Shown here: one piece after another, positions 1 to 8,980 of the stretch | Layout of the letters: each line of letters begins with the position of its first letter | Position numbering within the stretch: the first letter of the stretch is position 1 | Source: Promethearchaeia archaeon | GTDB lineage: Archaea > Asgardarchaeota > Lokiarchaeia > Sigyniarchaeales > SOKP01 | Length of the DNA: 64,000 nt | Reading direction: 5' to 3' | Assembly (NCBI GenBank): GCA_029856045.1 | Contig: JAHQWG010000053.1 | Span: 1-64,000, forward strand | The notes under the pieces: model-generated | Database searches by the model: none | Told to the model about the DNA's origin: nothing | Seen by the model: the letters and a program-made list of their open reading frames with translations, nothing else | Position numbers and translations under genes: made by a program

Positions 1-952
1 GAACGATACATTGATGACAACTGTTTCAGAGGAAGATTTGATTTTTTTTCTCACTTCAGTTTTATCAAGCGATAATCGTAATTTTACAATCACTCTAGGA
101 ATGAGAATTTGGTGTGAAGATAATTTTTGGTCTGATAGGGATACTTGGAACTCTTTACGTATAAAATCTTGTAATTTAACCTTTACTTATGAGAAAAAGA
201 TAGACCAATTTACAACCGTAGATTATAATCAGATTGGAGATAAAATTACTGGGACGAATGTTCAAATCACATCTGCAAATCTTAAATTTAAATATAAAAT
301 TAATGATACATGGCCTGAATTATCATCTCCAAACTCTGAAATTAGAATATTGATTAATAATAACTCCCATACAGAAACTATTAAATTAAGTTCGGTTAAT
401 AATTCCTTTCAAGAAATAAAACCAGGTGGATATGATGTGTCGTCTTTAATTTTAATAGATATAAATATTTCTCTTTCAATTCAAGTATTTTTAGCAGATG
501 AGTTCGCATTGGATAAGAATTTCTCCATTTCCATCGATGATGTTTACCTTGAAATTTCTTATATTGAAATTATTCCTGATATCTTCGAAGAACCTTGGGT
601 GTTTAGTGCACTTTTAATATTGGCAATTACAGTACTCACTAGTCTGGGTAGTTATTTCATTGTATATCGAAGATACCTTAAATATCCAAAACCTGTAAGA
701 AAAGTACGTAAATTTAGAAAAACATTAAAAAGAAAACACCCCCCTGGGACAGTTTATATCACCAATCGTGAATATGCATTTAAAACAATTCATGAAAAAG
801 AAGTTTCTAAAGCGATTAAAGTAAAGAAGAGTGCAGCCGAAGAAAAACCGATGTCTTCTATTCAAAAAATTATATCTAAATTTAAATCTAAACCTAAAAA
901 AAAGCCATCAATACCAGCAAAGAAACTTATAGCTAAACCTAAATCTCCATAA
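1..952 (+). CDS. C-terminal part of a large membrane-anchored surface glycoprotein (5' end outside the window)
   Basis: Frame open from the window edge; beta-rich ectodomain with N-x-S/T sequons; TM helix WVFSALLILAITVLTSLGSYFIV; YPKPVRK motif; K/P-rich tail that continues in frame past the TAA to 1081. Confidence 0.85.
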   Translation, partial: NDTLMTTVSEEDLIFFLTSVLSSDNRNFTITLGMRIWCEDNFWSDRDTWNSLRIKSCNLTFTYEKKIDQFTTVDYNQIGDKITGTNVQITSANLKFKYKINDTWPELSSPNSEIRILINNNSHTETIKLSSVNNSFQEIKPGGYDVSSLILIDINISLSIQVFLADEFALDKNFSISIDDVYLEISYIEIIPDIFEEPWVFSALLILAITVLTSLGSYFIVYRRYLKYPKPVRKVRKFRKTLKRKHPPGTVYITNREYAFKTIHEKEVSKAIKVKKSAAEEKPMSSIQKIISKFKSKPKKKPSIPAKKLIAKPKSP

Positions 953-1372
953 AAACCACCATCCCCTACCAAAAAACCTATAGTCAAGAAAGAAGAACCA
1001 ATATCTGCTGAAAAAAAATCTAAAAAATTATCTGAAAAATCTGAAAAAACACCAGAAAACCCCACTAATAAGAAACCCTAAATTTATATATGCTATGCAA
1101 AAAAATTATTTTCTTTTTCTTATTTTTAGATTATTCATTATTCGCTTCCCTAATTTTTAAAAATTTGATGTATTGCCCTTAAAAAATAATTTACATAGAC
1201 AAAGACATCTCTAAGAATGAAGTAAAAAGGATAATTCTAAGTAGATTATGAAATAGATTTAATAATCATCCTCTATGATAATTATTATATACCATATTCT
1301 TTAATATATTATTTGCTAATCAATAGTGGTTTTTATTATAAAAATACAAAAAAAGAATAAAGTGAATTTATT

Positions 1373-4300
1373 TTGAAAAAAATTAAAAAATGTAAGAATA
1401 ATAAAATATTAATTCTTGTCAGTTTATTAGTTATATTTTCTCTCAGTTTTGTAATACCTAATGTTAATATGAATAATAATGTATATTTTGATAATGTTGA
1501 CGATAAACTTGAAGGAGATACTCTAAATAATGATTTAAGGTCTCAAAGTTTAACCCTCGATAATAATTATACTGGTGTTGGAGCAGCTTGGAATCTAACC
1601 CATTATGCAAACAGAACAGATACAGATTTGGAAGCAAGTTTCGGGAATGATTCCTACGATATTGTAGAAATCCCATTATTCACTGATTGGCAGGGTTATA
1701 AATTAAACGCAACTATAAATGATTTGTATGATGAGAGAAATTGGAACAATGGAACATTTATTTATGGAAACGACGATGGTAATTATTCATGTCCTGAAGA
1801 TGATTCTGATTATATAAGTAACGCTTATCAAAATTGGACTTTTAATTATAACGATGTAGGCGGGTTTTATAATAATATGAGTGGAAACTATCTTGATACT
1901 TCTGCTCCAACTAGTGGTGGTCATGATAGTTTAGAATTAAGAATAAATGCTGATAGGCGATCAAGTGGTTGGAATAGCTATAATTTAGGAGATATTTGTT
2001 GGTGGAGTAGTTCTATCGAAATTCCTAGAGGCAATATAATTGATAGCATATTGCAATTTGATCTCAATCCTTATTATTTAGCTGATTTCAATTCATGGGA
2101 TTTTTCCATTTCATTAAACAATGAAAAAATATATAGTAAAGGTACATATTCTTTAAAGTTAGAGGCTGGGGGACAAGGAATTTGGCATACATTTACTGTT
2201 CCCCAATCAGTTTGGATAAATCAATCCGTATTTCCTTCCCCTATAAATGATACAACAATTACATTTGAAATAGCTTTAGAATATCTATCAAGTTCAGCAA
2301 GTTATAGCGATGGTTTTGATTATATTGAATATCAACAAATATTTATTGATAATGTAAAATTATTTGCAAAGGCAGAAGTATTACCCTCACAAATTGGGTT
2401 AAAGATGAATGGAACGAATGATGTAAATGATATTAATTCAGAATGGGGGAAAGGAACTAGAGTACTTGAAGGTAATTGGGTAGGAACTGAAGTAAAGGCT
2501 AATTTTAGTAGTAATTCTACTTGTGAATTAAGTAATTATACTATATATTTAAAATCTAATTTAAATCTTTTTGCAATAAGACATACTCCAGATACAAATT
2601 ATATAGAATCTAGCGTTTCAGAAGGCACAAATTTCGAAGTAAGTAATAATAGTATAGTGAACTGGAATTGTGTCGGTTATGTATCCGTTCCAGTAGGGTA
2701 TAAAGAAACAGAAATAAAACTTGAATTTCCAACTGATGTAAATATAACTTGGGTATCGGAACCTCAAAATCCAAATACAAATAAATCATCTTTATGTGAT
2801 AATTCAGCTCAAGGAATTTTAAATATAAATGTCTCTAAATTTTCTGATCCACCAGATGGTTTTTGGAAATTTGAAGCAGTATCACCTAATTATTGTGAAC
2901 AATTCAATATTTTTAATAATGAAACAGGTATATGGCTGCAAGATGATGAATTTCTAAGCGGGGATTATATTAATATTACAGGGAAAATAACGAATAATAC
3001 AATAATCTCTGGATACATACAACAAACTAAAGCATATCTAAATATAAGATTTCCAAACGGCACCATATGGACCAGTAAAACTCAAGAAAAGTCCCCCCTT
3101 GAAGATGGAACTATTTACTTTGATCCTTTTCTAATACCCTCCTCACCTCCCGCTTATGAAGTAGGAGTATATGACGCAATAATTACTTGGAATAACTCTT
3201 ATACTTCTTATGGATTAAATGAAACTGGCGTGATCTATAAAAAATTTACAGTAATTCATAATTCCACTTTAAGTCCAGATGAAAATAAGTATTATTATGA
3301 AGATATTATTGAAGAAACAACTGTAAATTTAAGGGTTCTATTTAATGATAAAATGAATAATGATGCTATAACAAATGCTCATGTATATGTTTATAAATTC
3401 ACCGGTGGAATGCAGAATTTTAGTGAAATAAGTCCTGGTTTATATTTTCTAGAATTCAATGTGATCGGAGCACCGAATGCAGGCAATAATACTTTAACAA
3501 TTTTTGCTAATTCGTCCCTCTTTGTAAATAATAAGATGAATATAACAATCGAAGTAATTAAAGCAACAACTTTTACAGCAGATGAAACTATAATATCTGT
3601 TCCGTGGCGAGATAATTTTACAATCCAATTTAATTTTACTGAACAAAAAACTGGAAATGGTATAACTGCCACTCCTACAAATAATTGGAATGGAGAATCA
3701 CACATAATTATGACAGCTCCGGGAGAATATAGCATAACTTGTAATACTTCTCTTTATGCTGTAAACCAAATCCATTCATTAATTATTAGTGTTGATGAAT
3801 ATGGATATGAACAGCCCCCAGATATATTAGTTAAAATTGAAATAACTGAGAGAAATGCAAACATAGACGAAATTTATTTAAATCAAACGCTTGGTACATT
3901 AATTGTATTTCCTTATGGTGACCTTTTAAATATTACAGCTAAATACAGTGATCAAGCAACAAGCAGTTTTATTAGTGGAGCTACAGTACAATTAAGAGAC
4001 GGTGAGACTATTTTAGATAGTTTTTCAGAAAATCCAACGCTGAAACACTATAATCTTACAATAAATACTACTATTTTAGGAGTCGAAGTTAATCTATTTA
4101 CAATTTATGCCAAACAAGATAATTATACAACCGCGCTGGAAAGTATAATAACATTAATTGAAAGAGAAACTGATTTAACTTTAAAGATCAATGAAACTAA
4201 TATAAGTAATAATGGTGTTTTCGAGCTTCAAGTAAATGAAACCATTAATCTTTTTGTTACTTATAAAGACATGTATACAGGAGATCATATAGACAATGCT

Positions 4301-5734
4301 ACTGTAGAAATAACTGGAGCTGGAATATCAGCAAATTTAACGGAAGATGATGTATTAGAACAGTACAACATAACTTTAAGTGCCGACAATCTGACTAAAG
4401 GATTTAACTTTTTAACGATAATTGCTCAAAAGGAAAATACTAAGCCTCAATCCATATCATTTTCAATTGAATTAATAGAGAGAAAAACAGCAATTAAGTT
4501 ATTCATTAATCAGACTGATATCACAACTAGTAAGACATATGTAATTCAAATAGGAGAGACAATAGATATAATATTTAATTATACAGATGAGACTACAAAT
4601 GAATTTCTTGAAAATGCAACAGTTGAATTAACAGGAGTAAGTATTGTAGCTTATTTAACGGAATATAGTAATTCTTATAAGATAACTATCAGCTCAGTAA
4701 ATTTAACTCAATCAATCAACTTTTTAAAAATTATTGCTGAAAAGAGAAATTATCAACCTCAACCTATTGAATTTAGAATTGATGTAATTGAAAGGCAAAC
4801 ATATACATCATTGTATTTAAATCAATTAAACAAAACTATTGATAAATCAATCGAACTTCCAATAAGTGCTACTTTAAATATTACATTTGGTTATTTTGAT
4901 GATGTTACAAAAGAATTCATTCATGATGCATTAGTACAACTCGTGGGAACGGATTTATTGTTTAATTTCACTGAAGAACCTGCATTAAATCAATATAAAC
5001 TTATTATAAATGCGAGAGATTTAGATTTTGGAATTAAATTTTTAACTTTAGTTGCTGGTAAGACTAATTTTCAATCATCATCAGACCTTTTAAAGATAAC
5101 AGTTAGGCAAATAAAAACTAATATTACAGCAGTATATGGGGACGTTGTAAATATAAGAGTTGGTGGTTCTCATGCCTTAACAATTACTCTATATGATATA
5201 GATAATGAACAATATATAACTAATGCTACTGTAAGATATTCGGGTGACCTAGGGCAAGGAGTATTAATAGAAGATCTAAATAATCCAGGCACATATATTG
5301 CTAATTTTGAGACTTTGGGTCTTGGCAATTATATTATTACAATAACGGTAACTGGTGTAAGTGGAGATTATCTATTCGAAAGCAAGCAAGTAGCAATAAC
5401 CGTCACTTTATCAGAAGAAGAAGCACTATTATTTTTAGGAGGATTAATAGCAGCAATCAGCGCTACCATCGGAATTGGGGGCTATTTCATTGCTTATCAG
5501 AGAGTTCTTAAATATCCAAAGCCTGTTAGAAAGACTCGTAAATACAGGAGAACATTAAGGAAGAAAAAAACACCAAGTGTAGAAATTTTAGGTCGTGAAG
5601 AATCTTTCAAGACACTTCATGGAGAAGGATTGTCTAAAATATCCAAAATCAAGACAAGCAAAACAAAACTAGAAGTACCTCCTATTGATATAAAGACTGA
5701 AGCTAAATTTGTAGAAAAACCTCCATCAACTTAG
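1373..5734 (+). CDS. 1453-aa surface glycoprotein: signal anchor, Ig-like repeats, C-terminal TM and YPKPVRK tail
   Basis: N-terminal basic+hydrophobic signal; many sequons; ~105-aa repeats; TM LLFLGGLIAAISATIGIGGYFIA; TTG start. Confidence 0.9.
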   Translation: MKKIKKCKNNKILILVSLLVIFSLSFVIPNVNMNNNVYFDNVDDKLEGDTLNNDLRSQSLTLDNNYTGVGAAWNLTHYANRTDTDLEASFGNDSYDIVEIPLFTDWQGYKLNATINDLYDERNWNNGTFIYGNDDGNYSCPEDDSDYISNAYQNWTFNYNDVGGFYNNMSGNYLDTSAPTSGGHDSLELRINADRRSSGWNSYNLGDICWWSSSIEIPRGNIIDSILQFDLNPYYLADFNSWDFSISLNNEKIYSKGTYSLKLEAGGQGIWHTFTVPQSVWINQSVFPSPINDTTITFEIALEYLSSSASYSDGFDYIEYQQIFIDNVKLFAKAEVLPSQIGLKMNGTNDVNDINSEWGKGTRVLEGNWVGTEVKANFSSNSTCELSNYTIYLKSNLNLFAIRHTPDTNYIESSVSEGTNFEVSNNSIVNWNCVGYVSVPVGYKETEIKLEFPTDVNITWVSEPQNPNTNKSSLCDNSAQGILNINVSKFSDPPDGFWKFEAVSPNYCEQFNIFNNETGIWLQDDEFLSGDYINITGKITNNTIISGYIQQTKAYLNIRFPNGTIWTSKTQEKSPLEDGTIYFDPFLIPSSPPAYEVGVYDAIITWNNSYTSYGLNETGVIYKKFTVIHNSTLSPDENKYYYEDIIEETTVNLRVLFNDKMNNDAITNAHVYVYKFTGGMQNFSEISPGLYFLEFNVIGAPNAGNNTLTIFANSSLFVNNKMNITIEVIKATTFTADETIISVPWRDNFTIQFNFTEQKTGNGITATPTNNWNGESHIIMTAPGEYSITCNTSLYAVNQIHSLIISVDEYGYEQPPDILVKIEITERNANIDEIYLNQTLGTLIVFPYGDLLNITAKYSDQATSSFISGATVQLRDGETILDSFSENPTLKHYNLTINTTILGVEVNLFTIYAKQDNYTTALESIITLIERETDLTLKINETNISNNGVFELQVNETINLFVTYKDMYTGDHIDNATVEITGAGISANLTEDDVLEQYNITLSADNLTKGFNFLTIIAQKENTKPQSISFSIELIERKTAIKLFINQTDITTSKTYVIQIGETIDIIFNYTDETTNEFLENATVELTGVSIVAYLTEYSNSYKITISSVNLTQSINFLKIIAEKRNYQPQPIEFRIDVIERQTYTSLYLNQLNKTIDKSIELPISATLNITFGYFDDVTKEFIHDALVQLVGTDLLFNFTEEPALNQYKLIINARDLDFGIKFLTLVAGKTNFQSSSDLLKITVRQIKTNITAVYGDVVNIRVGGSHALTITLYDIDNEQYITNATVRYSGDLGQGVLIEDLNNPGTYIANFETLGLGNYIITITVTGVSGDYLFESKQVAITVTLSEEEALLFLGGLIAAISATIGIGGYFIAYQRVLKYPKPVRKTRKYRRTLRKKKTPSVEILGREESFKTLHGEGLSKISKIKTSKTKLEVPPIDIKTEAKFVEKPPST
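3848..5400 (+). repeat. About 5 degenerate ~104-106-aa Ig-like protein repeats
   Basis: Units start ERNAN (3848), ERETD (4160), ERKTA (4478), ERQTY (4790), RQIKT (~5105); shared Y.D..T...I..ATV.L and Y.L.I...L..G.N.L.I.A.K.N patterns. Confidence 0.8.
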
Positions 5735-6051
5735 ACACAACCTGAAATTGAACCTACTAAAAAACCTCCTATTACTGATGAAAAATCAAAAAAAATATCT
5801 TGATATCTCAAAAGAAAAAACATCGGAAAAATCTGCCAAAAAGGATTAATCATTTTATTTTATATTTAATTATATTTTCTTTTTTTCATTTCATATTTTT
5901 TTTTACTTGATATTTTTTTTCTTAGAACTCTAAATAAGATGCAATGTTAGATAGCATAATTAAACACAAATTCTTACAAATCATAGAAAATCTAATTATG
6001 GATTGCAAAATATTATTTAATAAATCAATAATTATAGTGAAATGAAGAAAA

Positions 6052-6816
6052 ATGGATAATTCAAATCGTAATATAATGCCGGGTGCTGGTCCTTTCTATT
6101 TTGAAGGAAATGATATAGGTGTTTTATTATTGCATGGAGGAGGTGGCGGAACTGCAGCCGATTTAAAGCCAATGGCAGAATTTTTACATAATGAAGGAGG
6201 TTTTACTGTAAGAGTTCCGTTGTTATCCGGATTTGGAACAACACCCGAAGAATTAAAAGATACACCGATCTCTGCTTGGATGGAAGATCTTGAAGTTGAA
6301 TATAATTTCTTAAAGCAAAAAGTAAAAAAGATAGTTGTTGGAGGGCATAGTATGGGGGCAATTTTTAGTCTATATTTAGGAGCTACAAAAAATCCAGATG
6401 CAATATTTACCATAAGTGCTCCTATAGGAGTTAAAGGATTCTTACCAAAATTACTTCCGTTAGTAAAATATTTTATTAAATCTTATCCTCTTCCTATAGA
6501 TGAATTTGAAAAAGAAACAGATGGTGCGTGGGTGGGATATGATAAATTTCCTCTAAAAGCTGGAGTGAGACTATTCAAAATAATTAAAGAATTTAAAAAA
6601 TATTATCCGAAAATTACGTGTCCTACTCTATTAATTCAAGGAAGATTAGATAGCGTGATTAAATCCTCGAGCATGGAAGAGATTTATGAAATGTTAATGT
6701 CCGAAAATAAGAGGAAATTATGGCTAGACAACAGCGACCATCCCATATTAAAAATCCCTGACGAGAATTTATTATTTTCTGAAATTTTGAATTTCATGAA
6801 AGAAGTTACAAAATAA
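6052..6816 (+). CDS. Carboxylesterase/monoacylglycerol lipase (alpha/beta hydrolase)
   Basis: LLLHG, GHSMG nucleophile elbow, GRLDSV Asp, SDH His. Confidence 0.9.
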   Translation: MDNSNRNIMPGAGPFYFEGNDIGVLLLHGGGGGTAADLKPMAEFLHNEGGFTVRVPLLSGFGTTPEELKDTPISAWMEDLEVEYNFLKQKVKKIVVGGHSMGAIFSLYLGATKNPDAIFTISAPIGVKGFLPKLLPLVKYFIKSYPLPIDEFEKETDGAWVGYDKFPLKAGVRLFKIIKEFKKYYPKITCPTLLIQGRLDSVIKSSSMEEIYEMLMSENKRKLWLDNSDHPILKIPDENLLFSEILNFMKEVTK

Positions 6817-6820
6817 ATTT

Positions 6821-7483
6821 TTATTTCTCCTTCAGAATTGAATAAATCACATTTAAGTTTAGATCTCTAATACTTTTTAAAATCAAATATGGAACTGATA
6901 TACTCTCTATCAATTTCTCTTTGGTGGTAGTTCCAGTTAAAACCCCAATAAAGGGACAATCAAGCATTTCTGCGACTTTTACATCATTTATATGATCTCC
7001 AATAACAATTATTTGCTTATTAGGAAAATTTTTTTCTAGTATCTTTTTTGTAATTGGGTCGAATTTTTTCTTCCTTTGCTCAGTTTCTCCTAAATATAAA
7101 TCAAAAAAGTTGTCTATTTTTAAAATTTTTAGAATATTATGGACCATTTCATGCTTTTTAGAAGATAATACACCTAAAGAAAAACCACTTTCTTTTAATT
7201 CTTTTAATTTTTTTCTTACACCTTTTATTAGTTTTGACTGATAAATTCCCTTCTTTCTATAAAAATCACGGAAGGCGGATACATATTTTTCAGGAGATTC
7301 ATTAGTTACATCTTTAAACATCTCATATAAAGGAATTCCGATCATTTGCTTTATTATTTTTGGAGGAATTTTCTCTTTTTTATATTTCTCCAACGCATAA
7401 TTGAAGGAGTTAATAATTCCTTTTGTGTTTTTAATGAGAGTATTGTCAAGATCAAAACTTAAATATATTTCGCTAGAGTTCAT
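6821..7483 (-). CDS. HAD-superfamily phosphatase (phosphoglycolate phosphatase-like)
   Basis: FDLDNTL motif I, LSSK motif II, IGDHIND motif IV. Confidence 0.9.
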   Translation of the reverse strand: MNSSEIYLSFDLDNTLIKNTKGIINSFNYALEKYKKEKIPPKIIKQMIGIPLYEMFKDVTNESPEKYVSAFRDFYRKKGIYQSKLIKGVRKKLKELKESGFSLGVLSSKKHEMVHNILKILKIDNFFDLYLGETEQRKKKFDPITKKILEKNFPNKQIIVIGDHINDVKVAEMLDCPFIGVLTGTTTKEKLIESISVPYLILKSIRDLNLNVIYSILKEK

Positions 7484-7599
7484 CGACCGTTCATTTTACT
7501 TGTTTAAAAAATTTGATTTTAAACTTAATTTTAGTAGAATTTAGTTTATTATTGCTATTTATTAAAAGTTTATTTTTATGCCTTGATTTTAATACAATA

Positions 7600-8880
7600 A
7601 TGAAGGTCCATTTTAAATACGGTAAAAATGGGTTAAATGTTGAAATATCTGATAATTTAAACTTTACAATAATAAAAGCACCAGAAGAAAAAGAAATACT
7701 CAATCCTGTGGAAGAAATTAAAGCAAAAATAAATGACCCAATTGGGACTTTACCTTTGAAAGAATTAATTCAACAAAAAGGAAAATTTCATGAAATTTCT
7801 ATCATAATTGTTATTAGTGACGCTACAAGACCGTCTCCTTCTAAAATAATATTAAAAGCTTTAACTGAAATATTTGAAGAAATCGGAATTAGAGATGAAC
7901 AAATAAAAATTTTAATAGCTACAGGCCTTCATAGAGAAAGCAGACAAGATGAACTAGTAAGAATGGTTGGTGATAATTTTCTTAAACGTTTTGAAATTGC
8001 TGACCATAACGCTAATGATGAATCCACTTTAGCTTTTGTTGGCTATAGCAACGATAGAACACCCATTTATTTAAATACATATTATCTCGATTGTGATTTT
8101 AGAATTTTAACAGGCTACGTAGAACCTCACTTTTTTATGGGATTCTCTGGAGGGAGGAAATCGATTATTCCAGGAATAGCTGGAGCAAAAACAATTAAGG
8201 GTAATCACTCTGCCAAAAATATTGCTTCACCGTATGCCCGTTTTGGAATATATAAAGAAAACCCACTCCATATTAATGCGGTTGAAATAGCTAAGAGAGT
8301 TGGCGTAGATTTTATAATTAATGTATGTATCAATGAAAATCATAATATAACTCAAATAGCCGCTGGAGATCTTGAAAAAGCCCACGAAGCTCTAGTAAAA
8401 TATCAATTAAAACAGGTATTTCAAAAGGTTAATGTGCTATATGACATAGTTATTTGCGGGAATGGAGGCTTCCCGTTAGATTTGAACCTTTATCAAGCAG
8501 TCAAAAGCATGGCTCTAGGTGAGATGGCTGTAAAGAAAGGGGGAATTATTATATCTGTAAATGAATTATCCGATGGAATAGGGCATGATAAATTTAGGGA
8601 ACTAATTTTTTGTGGAAGATCTCCAAAAGAAATCTATAATGATATTATAAATGAAAAAATTAAAGTGGTTGATCAATGGGAAATACAAATATTAACTCGA
8701 ATCTTACAAAAAGCTGAAATAATTGTTGTTTCTCAATTATCAAAAGATGAGGTTGGAAATATAGGTTTAATCCATTCAAATTCAGTTGAAGAAGCAATCG
8801 AAATGGCATTGAAAAAAATTGGACCTAATGCAAAAATACTTGTATTACCAGATGGACCAATTGTTTTACCAAAATTATAA
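7600..8880 (+). CDS. larA: Nickel-pincer-dependent lactate/2-hydroxyacid racemase
   Basis: SDATRP, ATGLHR, VEPHFFMGFSGGRKS, GNH, LNLYQAVK motifs; likely true start is ATG at 7600 (MKVHFKYG). Confidence 0.9.
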   Translation: MKVHFKYGKNGLNVEISDNLNFTIIKAPEEKEILNPVEEIKAKINDPIGTLPLKELIQQKGKFHEISIIIVISDATRPSPSKIILKALTEIFEEIGIRDEQIKILIATGLHRESRQDELVRMVGDNFLKRFEIADHNANDESTLAFVGYSNDRTPIYLNTYYLDCDFRILTGYVEPHFFMGFSGGRKSIIPGIAGAKTIKGNHSAKNIASPYARFGIYKENPLHINAVEIAKRVGVDFIINVCINENHNITQIAAGDLEKAHEALVKYQLKQVFQKVNVLYDIVICGNGGFPLDLNLYQAVKSMALGEMAVKKGGIIISVNELSDGIGHDKFRELIFCGRSPKEIYNDIINEKIKVVDQWEIQILTRILQKAEIIVVSQLSKDEVGNIGLIHSNSVEEAIEMALKKIGPNAKILVLPDGPIVLPKL

Positions 8881-8980
8881 ATTCTCTTAATTGTAATTTT
8901 AATTAAATTTTAATATCTTACACATTAAGAAGCATTATAATCCCAAATAATATAGAAGAACAAATCTTTAGTGTAATTTT

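Noticed and set aside
862-1065. Antisense/shadow ORFs in the track (e.g. 862-1065, 3391-3735, 9082-9444, 33684-34139, 59820-60338)
   Set aside because: They overlap well-supported genes on the other strand or frame and show no motifs
7513-7599. Hydrophobic N-terminal extension on LarA
   Set aside because: AT-rich intergenic sequence; the family N-terminus begins at ATG 7600
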